A stretch of 64,000 nucleotides of DNA from Candidatus Dormiibacterota bacterium (GTDB lineage Bacteria > Chloroflexota > Dormibacteria > Aeolococcales > Aeolococcaceae), in contig OY970355.1 in the NCBI GenBank assembly GCA_963718525.1, forward strand, positions 2,048,001-2,112,000, given 5' to 3'. Position 1 is the first letter of the stretch. Every line of letters begins with the position of its first letter. Below are positions 1 to 9,668 of the stretch, piece after piece. The notes beneath the pieces are model-generated. The model was not told the origin of the DNA. It ran no database searches and saw only the letters and a program-made list of their open reading frames with translations. Position numbers and translations under genes: made by a program.

Positions 1-422
1 GCTACGACATGTCCGAGGTGGAGCAGTCGTGGAGCGATCAGACGGCGATCGTGCAGGCGATCCGCTGCTTCCAGTGCGACTCCGTGCACCACTACGACCA
101 GACCGTCTGCGTGCTCTGCGGTGCGTGTGATGACGTGTGTCCGGAGAAGGCAATCGATGTCGTGGTGTTCGGCGAGGATCGTGAGCGATCGTCCGGCGGC
201 GAGACGCTGGTGTGCAGCACGTCCGGCGGCGTACCGGGCGCGGGCGGTTATGAGGGCGAGATCTACATCAACTACGACCGCTGCACCAACTGCAGGATCT
301 GCGAGGATCACTGCCCGGTGAACTGCATCACGTTCGAGCGTGTGCGTTTCGTCGACGACACCATGCGCGTCGTCGAGCGCCCGGATCTGAAATTCGAACT
401 GCCGCTCGTCGCGGTGGGGTAG
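1..422 (+). CDS. C-terminal part of an oxidoreductase with 4Fe-4S dicluster ferredoxin domains (5' end outside the window)
   Basis: Motifs RCFQC, CVLCGACDDVCP and CTNCRICEDHCP; the frame is open to the window edge. Confidence 0.8.
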   Translation, partial: YDMSEVEQSWSDQTAIVQAIRCFQCDSVHHYDQTVCVLCGACDDVCPEKAIDVVVFGEDRERSSGGETLVCSTSGGVPGAGGYEGEIYINYDRCTNCRICEDHCPVNCITFERVRFVDDTMRVVERPDLKFELPLVAVG

Positions 423-445
423 CGATCGACTCTCAACAACGCTTC

Positions 446-874
446 ATGCGTCATGCGCTCCGGCTGGCTCGCGCTGCCGGTGCGCGCGGGGAGGTACCGG
501 TCGGCGCGATTGCGGTGCGCGGCGGCGCAGTCATTGCAGCGGCGGGGAATGCCATGGAGCGGCGCGGTGACGCGACCGCGCACGCCGAGATGCTGGTGCT
601 GCGGAAGGTTGCCGCAGTGGTTGGGGGCTGGCGGCTCGACGGCGTCACCGTTTATGCGACGTTGGAGCCGTGCCCGATGTGCGCCGGCGCGATGGTGCAG
701 GCGCGCATCGATTCGTGCGTCTACGGCGCCGTCGATCCCAAGAAAGGCGCTGACGGCACCGTGTACGACGTGCTGCGCAATCCACGCAACAACCACCGGA
801 TCACCGTGATCAATGGGGTGGGCGCGAGTGAGGCTGCAGCGCTCCTCCAGGACTTCTTCCGAGCGCGCCGCTGA
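446..874 (+). CDS. tadA: tRNA adenosine(34) deaminase
   Basis: GEVPVGA, TAHAE, TLEPCPMCAGA and DPKKG motifs; C-terminal LQDFFRARR. Confidence 0.9.
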   Translation: MRHALRLARAAGARGEVPVGAIAVRGGAVIAAAGNAMERRGDATAHAEMLVLRKVAAVVGGWRLDGVTVYATLEPCPMCAGAMVQARIDSCVYGAVDPKKGADGTVYDVLRNPRNNHRITVINGVGASEAAALLQDFFRARR

Positions 875-876
875 GC

Positions 877-1206
877 TCAGGAGGCGGTTGTCGCCGCCTT
901 GTGCGTGAGGTCCACCTCGTGCGCTCGGATGACTTCACTCACCTGCGACGAGTACCACGAGTAGAACTCCTCGCGCGCCCAGCGCTGCGTCTCGCGGTGC
1001 TCGGGGTTGTCGCGCCACGCCTTCGCCAACTCGTCATTCTCGAACAGCTCGAGGGACACCTCTTCGCCGTCGGGGCCTTCGAACGTCTCGATCGAGATGA
1101 AGCCCGGGTGCTGCTGCACCAGCTCGTGCATCCGCCTGCTGCGTCGCGCATATTCTTCGAGGTCGCCGTCGGGCCGGTTGCGCGATCGAAACACCACCAG
1201 GATCAC
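877..1206 (-). CDS. Antibiotic biosynthesis monooxygenase (ABM) family protein
   Basis: GTG start giving VILVVFRSR...QHPGFISIETF...AWRDNPEHRETQ...FYSWY. Confidence 0.8.
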   Translation of the reverse strand: MILVVFRSRNRPDGDLEEYARRSRRMHELVQQHPGFISIETFEGPDGEEVSLELFENDELAKAWRDNPEHRETQRWAREEFYSWYSSQVSEVIRAHEVDLTHKAATTAS

Positions 1207-1216
1207 GGCTTCATCT

Positions 1217-2650
1217 TCACACAGAAGCGGTGGCCAGGCGTCGTAGCGCGCTCCGTGCGGCGTGGTAGCCGCACATCCCGTGCACCCCGCCGCCTGGCGG
1301 AGTCGACGCAGAGCAGATGAACATGTCGGGATTGGGCGTGGAGTACGCATCGACGCGCGCCACCGGACGCGTGAAGAGCTGTCCGAGGTCGGTGACACCA
1401 CCGGTGATCGCGCCGCCGACGTAATTGGCGTCGTACCGCTCGAGGTCGGCGGTGTTCATCACATGGCGCGCGAGGATGCGGTCGCGGAAGCCCGGCGCAA
1501 AGCGCTCGACCTGTCGCTCGATCGCCTCGGTGCGGTCGAGTGTGGAGCCCGCGGGAACGTGGCAATACGCCCACCCGGTGTGCTTCCCGTGGGGTGCTCG
1601 CGAGGCGTCGAAGAGGCTCGGCTGAACGAGGAGGATGAAGGGCTGGTCGGGGTGCTCGCCCCGCCATACGGCCCGCTCTGAGGCTGCGATCTCGTCGAGC
1701 GTGCCGCCAACATGAACGGTCGACGCCTCGAGGCAGGCCTGATCGGCCCAGGGTATGGGGCCGTCCAACGCCCAGTCGACCTTGAACACGCCCGGGCCGT
1801 AACGGTATGCGCGCAGACGCCGCACGTACTTGGCGGGCAAGACGGGGGATGCGATGGTCGCGAGCTGGTTCGGGCTGGTGTCGAACAGCACGACGCGCGA
1901 CGGCGGCAGGTCGGCGAGCGAATCGACGGGGTGGCTCGTCTCGATCCGGCCGCCGAGGGACAGGAGGTAGGCGGCGAGGGCGTTCGTGATGGCGGCGGAT
2001 CCGCCTTTCGCGATCGGCCATGTCTCGACGTGGCCGGCGAGCAGAAAGAGCAGGCCGACGGCGCCGGTGACCGGTCGCGTCAAGGGCAGGATCGCGTGAG
2101 CGGCGCAGCCCGCGAGCAGGGCTCGGGCGCGCTGGCCTCGAAACCAGGTGCGCCCGAGAGCGGTTGCCGGCAACAGCCCTGGGATGCCGAAGCGAGCCAG
2201 CACCAGCGGGTGCCGCGGCGCCCGTGCAGGGCCGAGGATCTCCGCGAACAGCTCGGACGCGTGAGGGAGGAGCGGGGCGATGAGCCTGCGGTATGCGCCG
2301 GCGTCCGGTCCGAGCGACCGGGTCGTCGCGTCCATCGACGTTCGGAGGATGACCGCCGGCTCCCCGTCGAGCGGGTGCGCTACTGACGCCGGGGGCTGGA
2401 TCCAGGAGAGTCCGTGTTCCGCAAGCGGGAGTGTGGACAGATACGGCGACACGATGCCGAGCGGGTGTGCCGTGGAACAGACGTCGTGGTGATAGCCGGG
2501 GAGCGTGAGCTCGGCGGTGCGCGTCCCGCCCCCGATCGTCGCCGCGGCTTCGAGCACCAGGACCTCGGCGCCGTTGCGAGCCAGCTCGACCGCCGCGGCC
2601 ATGCCGTTAGGACCGCTGCCGATGACGACAGCGTCCAGGCGTGACGGCAC
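1217..2650 (-). CDS. Phytoene dehydrogenase-like NAD(P)/FAD-dependent oxidoreductase
   Basis: VIGSGPNG Rossmann motif, IGGGTRT, HDVCSTAHP and C-terminal STPPGGGVHGMCG. Confidence 0.85.
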   Translation of the reverse strand: MPSRLDAVVIGSGPNGMAAAVELARNGAEVLVLEAAATIGGGTRTAELTLPGYHHDVCSTAHPLGIVSPYLSTLPLAEHGLSWIQPPASVAHPLDGEPAVILRTSMDATTRSLGPDAGAYRRLIAPLLPHASELFAEILGPARAPRHPLVLARFGIPGLLPATALGRTWFRGQRARALLAGCAAHAILPLTRPVTGAVGLLFLLAGHVETWPIAKGGSAAITNALAAYLLSLGGRIETSHPVDSLADLPPSRVVLFDTSPNQLATIASPVLPAKYVRRLRAYRYGPGVFKVDWALDGPIPWADQACLEASTVHVGGTLDEIAASERAVWRGEHPDQPFILLVQPSLFDASRAPHGKHTGWAYCHVPAGSTLDRTEAIERQVERFAPGFRDRILARHVMNTADLERYDANYVGGAITGGVTDLGQLFTRPVARVDAYSTPNPDMFICSASTPPGGGVHGMCGYHAARSALRRLATASV

Positions 2651-2657
2651 GCTGGCC

Positions 2658-4691
2658 CTACGCGGCAGGTGTGGCGGCGACGACTTCTCCGCTCGCCAGC
2701 ACCATCCCGTCTTCGCAGACGGCCTCGACCCGGCCGCCCTGGAACTGCTGCTCGTAGACCTTCGCGTAGGCTCCTCCGCGACGGAGGAGTTCCGCGTGGG
2801 TGCCCTGCTCGAGGAGGCGGCCCTGGTCGATGACGAAGATCACGTCTGCGGCCAGGATGGTCGACAGCCGGTGCGCGATGGCGATGGTGGTGCGCCCGGT
2901 CAGCAGCGGCTCGAGCGCAGCCTGGACCAGGCGCTCACTCGTGGTATCGAGCGCGGATGTCGCTTCGTCGAGGATCAGCACGCGGGGCGCTTTCAGGACC
3001 ACTCGCGCGATAGCCAGGCGTTGCTTCTCACCCCCGGACATCCGGTAGCCGCGCTCACCGACCAGGGTGTCGTAGCCGTCGTCGAGGGCGACGATGCGGT
3101 CGTGGATGAAGGCTGCGCGTGCGGCCGCCTCCAGTTCCTCCTGGGTCGCGTCGGGCTTGGCGTACGTGAGGTTGCGCCGCACCGACGCATGGAAGAGGTA
3201 CGTCTCCTGCGTGACCATGCTGATCGCGCCTGCAAGCGACGCGATCGTGTAATCGCGCACGTCCATCCCGTCGAGGAGCACCGCGCCCTTGGTGACATCG
3301 TAGAGACGGGGGATCAGGTAGGAGATGGTGGTCTTGCCGGCACCACTCGGTCCGACGATCGCCGCGAGCTGTCCGGGCTTGACCGCAAAGGTCACGTCCT
3401 CGAGCGCCCAGTCGCGGCGCAGCTCGTTGGGGACTGGGTCGCTCTCCGCGGGGTACCCGGTCGGGATCTTGATTGGCGATGCCGGTCGCTGCGACGGTTC
3501 GGTCATCGGCCCGAAGCTCCCCCGGTCGTACCGGAAGAAGACGTGCTCGAGGCTGACGTCGCCCCTGATGTCGGCCGCCGCAACGGTGCGCGCGTCTGGC
3601 GAGTCGACGATGTCGTGCGGCATCTTCAGGTAGTCGAAGATGCGCTCGAAGAGCGCCAGGCTCGCCTGGATCTCAATGGATACCGAGAGGAGGCTGCCGA
3701 TGGGGAAGAAGAGGCGGCTCTGGAGCGTGGTGAACGCGACGATCGTTCCCGCCGTGATCGGGGCGGGGCCGTGGCTGCCCGCGAGGACGAATCCGGCGAT
3801 GAGATACACCAGCGCGGGCGCGCTGCTGAAGAAGGCACCGATGACCGCGAAGAGGGCTCGACCGATCATCTCCTGCCGGATGGCAAGGTTGGCGAGCCGG
3901 TGATTCTCCTTTCGGAAGCGGGCAACTTCCTCGGGACCGCGGCCGAACACCTTGGCGAGGAGCATGCCCGAGACCGACAGGGTCTCCTCGGTAATCGCGC
4001 TGATCTCGGCCTTCGATTCCTGGGCCTGCATGGTGATCTGGCGGCGGACCTTGCCGGCGCGGTACGTGTAGTAGACGAAGAGCGGCGTGATCGCCAGCGA
4101 GAGGACGGTCAGCTGCCAGGACAGCACCAGCATGGCGATCAGGGTGCTCAGCAGGGTCACGACGTTGGCGAGGAGCGAGGTGGCGGTGTCGGTGACGACC
4201 GACTGGATACCCCCGACATCGTTCGTGAGCCGGGACTGGATCTCGCCGGTCCGAGTGCCCGTGAAGAACCGGAGCGACATCCCCTGCAGGTGTTCGTACA
4301 GACGGTTGCGCAGCTCCTCCATGACACGCTGCCCCACCCGGTTGGTGATGTAGGTCTGGAGGACGCCGATCGCCCCGGTGACGATCGTGATCCCGATCAT
4401 GATCCCCACCAGCAACTCGAGCCGGGGCACGTCGACCGGCAGCGCGACGCTCCCGCGGGTGGGGAAGAGGGCGGTGTCGAAGACGACCTTGATGAGCACC
4501 GGGTTCACGACGCCCGCGCCTGAGGTGATGATCACCAGGAGGGCGATCATCGCCACGCCACCCCGGTGCGCCTTGAAGAGGCCCGCCGTCTGACGGATGA
4601 GCCGTCGATTGGAGACGCGGCCGGAGGGTTTGTCGCGCTTCCCGCCCATGAAGCCGCCTCCGTGCATCACGGCAGCCGGACTCCTGGGCAC
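2658..4691 (-). CDS. ABC exporter, fused permease and ATP-binding domain
   Basis: TM domain, Walker A GPSGAGKT, signature MSGGEKQR, Walker B ILDEATSALD, AHRLST. Confidence 0.92.
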   Translation of the reverse strand: MPRSPAAVMHGGGFMGGKRDKPSGRVSNRRLIRQTAGLFKAHRGGVAMIALLVIITSGAGVVNPVLIKVVFDTALFPTRGSVALPVDVPRLELLVGIMIGITIVTGAIGVLQTYITNRVGQRVMEELRNRLYEHLQGMSLRFFTGTRTGEIQSRLTNDVGGIQSVVTDTATSLLANVVTLLSTLIAMLVLSWQLTVLSLAITPLFVYYTYRAGKVRRQITMQAQESKAEISAITEETLSVSGMLLAKVFGRGPEEVARFRKENHRLANLAIRQEMIGRALFAVIGAFFSSAPALVYLIAGFVLAGSHGPAPITAGTIVAFTTLQSRLFFPIGSLLSVSIEIQASLALFERIFDYLKMPHDIVDSPDARTVAAADIRGDVSLEHVFFRYDRGSFGPMTEPSQRPASPIKIPTGYPAESDPVPNELRRDWALEDVTFAVKPGQLAAIVGPSGAGKTTISYLIPRLYDVTKGAVLLDGMDVRDYTIASLAGAISMVTQETYLFHASVRRNLTYAKPDATQEELEAAARAAFIHDRIVALDDGYDTLVGERGYRMSGGEKQRLAIARVVLKAPRVLILDEATSALDTTSERLVQAALEPLLTGRTTIAIAHRLSTILAADVIFVIDQGRLLEQGTHAELLRRGGAYAKVYEQQFQGGRVEAVCEDGMVLASGEVVAATPAA

Positions 4692-4837
4692 GGGTGGGAG
4701 AGGAGTGTCATTGCTTCGACTGTACCAACCTCGAAACGTTTTCCCGATCTATCGTCTCGGGTCGATTGGCCATCGCGGCGGCTATCATCTGCCACACCGG
4801 CGCGGAGACCGCCGGCGCGGGGCTCGGAGGAAATCGG

Positions 4838-5413
4838 ATGAGCATCAAGCGGCTCCTGATAGGGGCGCTGGCCGCGGGCGCGACCATCGCAATCGGCGGA
4901 TGTGGCGGCGCAGGCAGCGGGGCGACGCCGACGCCGTCGTCGGGTGGCTTGACCATTCCGGGGCTTGGTGGTGGGACGACCGGGTCGGCTCCTGCCGCGA
5001 ACACGCTCCTGAGCGCGGCCGCCGTGCAGACCATCAGTGGCGACCCGAACGTGGCTGCCATCGCCGGTACGTGCTCGACGACGACGTGCGTTTACGGGGA
5101 CACCTCTGGATCGGGTGGCGGCGGTGGGGTGATCTTTGTCGAGCCGTTCCCGGGGGTCTTCGGCCAGGCGGCACTGCAGGCGGCGATCGCGGCGGCGTTG
5201 AGCGGCCAGGCCGCAGGCAGCGGTGGCACCGCCCAATCGGTGTCCGGTCTGGGAAGCGGCGCGATCAAGGAGGTCGACGCGAACTCGGTCACGTATGCGT
5301 TCGTGAAGAACAACTACCTGGCTGTGATCAGCGTGTCCTCCGGGACGAAGTCCGGGGCGGACATGGATTCGCAGGTCGGGGCGGCTGCGCAATCGGTCGC
5401 GGGGTCGCTGTAG
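4838..5413 (+). CDS. Putative lipoprotein
   Basis: GGAGG RBS; MSIKRLLIGALAAGATIAIGGC lipobox-like signal followed by a G/S/T-rich linker. Confidence 0.7.
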   Translation: MSIKRLLIGALAAGATIAIGGCGGAGSGATPTPSSGGLTIPGLGGGTTGSAPAANTLLSAAAVQTISGDPNVAAIAGTCSTTTCVYGDTSGSGGGGGVIFVEPFPGVFGQAALQAAIAAALSGQAAGSGGTAQSVSGLGSGAIKEVDANSVTYAFVKNNYLAVISVSSGTKSGADMDSQVGAAAQSVAGSL

Positions 5414-5415
5414 GG

Positions 5416-5505
<90 letters not shown>

Positions 5506-5566
5506 GGGAGCGTCGAGTATAGGGGCGAGCCCTGACGACCTCGATCGACTGAGCGAGTTCGGTCGT

Positions 5567-5722
5567 CTACCAGTAGTACCAGCGGCCCCCGCGCGGCCGA
5601 ACGGCCAGGCCGATCAGCCAGAAGATCAGAAAGATGAATGCGATCCACCACAGGACGTGGAGCGCGAACCCAAACCCGAATAGCAGGGCCGTGAACAGGA
5701 GGAAGGCGAACAGGACGCACAT
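5567..5722 (-). CDS. Small hydrophobic membrane protein (51 aa), absent from the ORF track
   Basis: MCVLFAFLLFTALLFGFGFALHVLWWIAFIFLIFWLIGLAVRPRGGRWYYW with a GGGGAG RBS; resembles actinobacterial small 'hydrophobic proteins' ending in RWYxW. Confidence 0.7.
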   Translation of the reverse strand: MCVLFAFLLFTALLFGFGFALHVLWWIAFIFLIFWLIGLAVRPRGGRWYYW

Positions 5723-5841
5723 GGTCGAGGATCTCCCCTGAGGCGATATGAAGCTCAGATGGTAGATACCCGGGGGGTGGGCCGGGTGAAACCGGCCACG
5801 GTGCGGTCAGGGTGGCGGTAGGTCGCGGATACAATCGCGGA

Positions 5842-5932
5842 GGAGCGATCGCCTAGTTGGCCGAGGGCGCCGCACTGGAAATGCGGTATACCGCGTCAAG
5901 CGGTATCGAGGGTTCGAATCCCTCTCGCTCCG
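5842..5932 (+). tRNA. tRNA-Ser(GGA), CCA not encoded
   Basis: GGAGCGA/TCGCTCC acceptor stem, CCGCA-CTGGAAA-TGCGG anticodon arm, long variable arm, GGTTCGAATCC; TACAAT -10 box just upstream. Confidence 0.95.
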
Positions 5933-6159
5933 GTTTCCTGTTGCAATTCAAGGCACTTCGCCTTATCCATGAGCGCGAATTTCGCGCCCACTGGCGGCTG
6001 CGTCCCAATAGAGGCCCAACGGGGTGGGCCATCGGCACCGCGTTACGCTTGGTCAGGACTGCGTCCCTGTTTGGAAACCGCGTCGGCCCTGACGGAAACG
6101 ATAGGCGCCGATAGAAGTCTCCCCTATGCAGGCGCTGCCCGCTCTGATTGAATGGACGC

Positions 6160-6765
6160 GTGGAGCTCCGCGACATCGTTCGAAGGCGGCGGATGGTTCA
6201 CCGATTCACACGCGAGCCCGTCGCTGACGAGGCGCTCCTACGCATCCTGGAGATCGCGCGGCACGCACCCTCGGCCGGCTTCAGCCAAGGCTTCAGGCTC
6301 GTCGTCCTCGACGATCCTGGGCAGCTAGAGTGGTTCTGGCGCGTGACGACGCCCCCGGACGAGCTCCCGGAACTGGACGAACGAATCGCGACCGGGCCGC
6401 CAGTCATTGTCCTGCCTTTTACCTCCAAGGCCGTCTATCTGGACCGATACTCCGCGCCTGACAAGGCCGCGTTCGGCCTGCAGAGCGAGGAAGCCTGGCC
6501 GGTCCCGTTCTGGCATGTCGACGCCGGGATGGCAATCATGCTGATCTTGCTCGCCACAATCGACGAGGGTCTTGGCGGCTGGTACTTCGGCATAGTCCAA
6601 GGCGAGACCGACTTGCTGTCTGAGCTCGGCGTCCCCGACCAATACGCACTGCTTGGAGGAGTTGCAATCGGCAACCGATCGCCCGACGACGTTAAGACGA
6701 AGGGATCAGCCTACAGCCGGACGCGCATTTCGGCGGATGATCTCGTCCACCACAGCCACTGGTGA
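6160..6765 (+). CDS. Nitroreductase family protein
   Basis: RRRRMVHRF, APSAGFSQG and DAGMA...DEGLG motifs. Confidence 0.88.
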   Translation: MELRDIVRRRRMVHRFTREPVADEALLRILEIARHAPSAGFSQGFRLVVLDDPGQLEWFWRVTTPPDELPELDERIATGPPVIVLPFTSKAVYLDRYSAPDKAAFGLQSEEAWPVPFWHVDAGMAIMLILLATIDEGLGGWYFGIVQGETDLLSELGVPDQYALLGGVAIGNRSPDDVKTKGSAYSRTRISADDLVHHSHW

Positions 6766-6865
6766 CCCATCGCTGAGGTTGAAGTCGGCACGACGTCGGG
6801 TTCTTCCGTGCATGGCGAGTTACGCGCGGGCGACTGGGCGCTGCCGAGCGTGCAACCTACCCGCT

Positions 6866-7084
6866 GGTCACTACGCCAGCTGCGCAGGAACTGCCCCGAT
6901 CAAAGCCTCCAGCGGCGACGTCCGCCGTCACCGGTTGTGTCGTTCGGGGAATCGCTCGTTGAATAACGCGCTCCATCTCGCTGCGCGCGTGCAAGCGATG
7001 CACACGAGTCTCGGCCACGAGCACTACCAGCGCAAGCTCGGACGACGAATCATTGGGAAGGCAATGCGCCGGTACCTAAATTAG
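6866..7084 (+). mobile_element. IS110-family transposase C-terminal remnant
   Basis: YASCAGTAPIKASSGDVRRHRLCRSGNRSLNNALHLAA...YQRK matches the IS110/Transposase_20 pattern (GxAPxxxSSG...GNRxLxxALH). Confidence 0.7.
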
Positions 7085-7089
7085 AAGGG

Positions 7090-7707
7090 TCAGACCGTGC
7101 CCGAGAGGTCCTCGGCGACATCATCCGAGTACCTAGACCTTCTTCTAGGCGCCCCTCGCCTGCGGAAGCAGCAGTTGGGCAGAGAGAGTGACGGTCCCTC
7201 GCCGACCGGGAACGTGTCCGTCGCGACCCGATCATGGGTCATGAGCAGCCAACGGGAGAGCCGTTGCTCGGTGGCGTGGAGGCGATTACACGCGGCCAAT
7301 TGAGAGATCTGCGCGAAGAGTGCGAGCAGGTAGCGTTCGACGAGCCGGCGGAAGGCGTCCAAGCGTTCAATCTCGGCTAGGAATGTCGCTGCGCCCAACT
7401 GCAGCGTCTGAGCACCCACCGGCGATACGGCTCGGACGCAGCTAAGGCCGGCGGTGATGAGAGGCACCCCGACAATCGCCTCATTCCCAATGGTCGCCAC
7501 CTCGACGCTGCCGTCGGCGGATGGAGTGGCCAGGGAAATGACGCCGTCGAGCGGAAAGTGGACCTTCTCGATCGCTTCGCCAGGCTCGAAGAGCACCGTT
7601 TTTGCGGACAGAGCAGTCGGGCGAAGATGGGCAAGCAACGTATCCCGTTCCACGGGGGGCAGTGCCTGAAGGAGAAGGTTCCTGGACGGTGCGTAGAGGA
7701 CGCTCAT
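7090..7707 (-). pseudogene. Crp/Fnr family regulator with the HTH apparently lost
   Basis: RNLLLQALP, VHFPLDGVISL, VEVATIGNE and ACNRLHATEQRLSRWLLMTHDR are present; the sequence diverges where the LTQExLAxMLG HTH should start. Confidence 0.7.
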
Positions 7708-7769
7708 CACGTTCAACTCGGGGGGTGTGGTCAGGAGCGCGCAGCGTCGCGCTGGCGCTCCTGCCGGAA

Positions 7770-8057
7770 TCAGTTGGAGGTGGGGGCGAAGGCCCCGAGC
7801 TGATTGAGAGCGGCGACCCCAAACTCGTACTGCCACTCGACAAACTTGGTGACAATGTCGAAGTTGCGATCCACCACGGTGTCGATGGCCGGGATGAGCT
7901 TCTCAGAGTTTGGAAGCATGAACACGGTCAGCGGAACCAGGACGGAGGTGATGCCCTTGAGGACCTCGGTGGCCGCGAGCTTGATCTCCGTTGTCCGCTG
8001 GAGGCCTTCTGCGATTGCGGCGTTGGCGGTGCGGGTCTTGTCGGCGTAGTCGGTCAT
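7770..8057 (-). CDS. Small helical protein, possibly phasin-like
   Basis: Strong GGAGG/GAGGA RBS; amphipathic helical sequence (IDTVVDRNFDIVTKFVEWQYEF). Confidence 0.5.
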   Translation of the reverse strand: MTDYADKTRTANAAIAEGLQRTTEIKLAATEVLKGITSVLVPLTVFMLPNSEKLIPAIDTVVDRNFDIVTKFVEWQYEFGVAALNQLGAFAPTSN

Positions 8058-8310
8058 GACTGTTTCCTCGTCACCTCCAGGTCCCGTTGGGGGTCCTGCT
8101 TGAGAGGCTTTGCTAAGTATACCAAGCAGATGCTAGGTTGTCAAACCAAACTTGCTCTGGGCCGCAGCGCCACCGCTGACTCCTCGCAAGAGGTCGACTG
8201 GTCTCCGGCTAACCGTCGCCGAGCTCCGGTGTTGCTGCGATTGTTATGGCGGTCGGGCGAGCCTCAGCACGGGCATTGTTGGAAGCCCCCGACACATCAG
8301 TGAGGAGAGC

Positions 8311-9448
8311 ATGCTCGTCACCGCCGAAACGAATCAGCATATGACGGCGCCCAAGCAGGCAACGTCGGCCCGAGAGGCCGTCCGGCTGATCAAGAGCGGA
8401 GACCGTGTCTACCTCCACGCCGGCAGCGCTGTGCCAGGCGCGCTCCTCGGCGCCCTCCTGGACCGCAGGTCGGAACTTCATGACGTGGAGCTGGTCCATC
8501 TCCACGTCAATGGTGACGTCGCCAGGGCGGCCTCGGCCGCGGCTCCGAACATCCGTCGTTGCGTTCTGTTCGTTGATTCGACCACGCGCGATGCGGTGGC
8601 GACCGGGGCGGCGACGTACGTGCCCGTGTTCCTCTCAGACGTGCCTCGCCTGTTCAGCACGGGCAGACTGCCGCTAGATGTGGCGCTCCTCCATGTCTCG
8701 CCTCCGGACCTGCACGGCTACTGCTCTCTGGGTGTGTCGGTGGACTGCACGCTCGCTGCCGCGCGCGGCGCGACTGCGCATCGTCCAGATCAACCCAAGG
8801 ATGCCGCGAACGCACGGCGATTCGTTTATCCACCTCAACGACTTCGACGCTGTGATCGAGGTGGACGAACCGCTGCCCGAAGCCTCCGCGCCTGTGATCA
8901 GTGCGGAGCATCTTGCCGTCGGTCGAAATGTGGCAGAGCTGATTGAGGACGGGGCAACACTTCAACTTGGGATTGGCGCGATCCCCAACGCCGTCCTGGG
9001 ACTGCTCGGCGACCGTCGCGAGCTTGGAGTGCATAGCGAGGTGGTATCGGACGGCGTGCTCGAGTTGGTTAGCGCGGGTGTGATCACCGGCAGTCGCAAG
9101 ACCATCAACCGAGGCAAGCTCGTCGTGGCGTTCCTCAATGGCAGCCGACGCCTCTACGATTTCGCGGACGACAACCCGATGCTGGAGATGCGCTCTTTCG
9201 AGTACACCAACGACACAAGGACCATCCTTCGTCTCGACAACATGGTGGCGATCACGCTTGCGGACGGTGCTGGCGTGACAACTTCCCGTGCACACGTGCA
9301 CTGGGTTGCCACCGAACACGGTCGCATCGACCGCCACGGAATGGACTTGGCCCATCGTGCTCATGCTCTCATTGCCCTCGCAGCACCGCGCTTTCAGGAC
9401 GAGTTGACGGCGGCGGCGCTGCGCCGCGGGTTGTTCCGAGACGGCTGA
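8311..9448 (+). pseudogene. Acetyl-CoA hydrolase / 4-hydroxybutyrate CoA-transferase, frameshifted with an internal deletion
   Basis: VSPPDLHGYCSLGVSVD, QLGIGAIPNAV, GVHSE and VTTSRAHVHWVATEHG; frameshift near 8770; the NSAIEVDLTGQ...GxGGQ segment is missing after DNMVAI. Confidence 0.8.
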
Positions 9449-9668
9449 CCGCCGCGAGATGTGACATTCGGCCCCGTGCAGATGGCGTGCCGTACCGGTC
9501 GCAAATGGCGGGGATGACAGGCATGATCGTGAGGGAGTCCACCTCTGCCAATCGCTCTGACGCGTGCAGGGAGGACACGTCCCGTGCTGGGCCGCCTCAT
9601 AGAGAGCAATCTGCGCGGCGTGAGTGCTACCATCATGAGAGAGTTACAATCAACTGGAGGTGACCGTC

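Noticed and set aside
2505-4523. Long antisense and alternative-frame ORFs (672 aa here; also 57384-58844, 46173-47405, 59310-60359 and others)
   Set aside because: They are shadow ORFs of high-GC coding genes on the opposite strand and carry no recognisable motifs.
6866-7090. IS110 bridge-RNA system
   Set aside because: Only a degraded C-terminal fragment remains, with no RuvC-like DEDD domain and no definable non-coding end.
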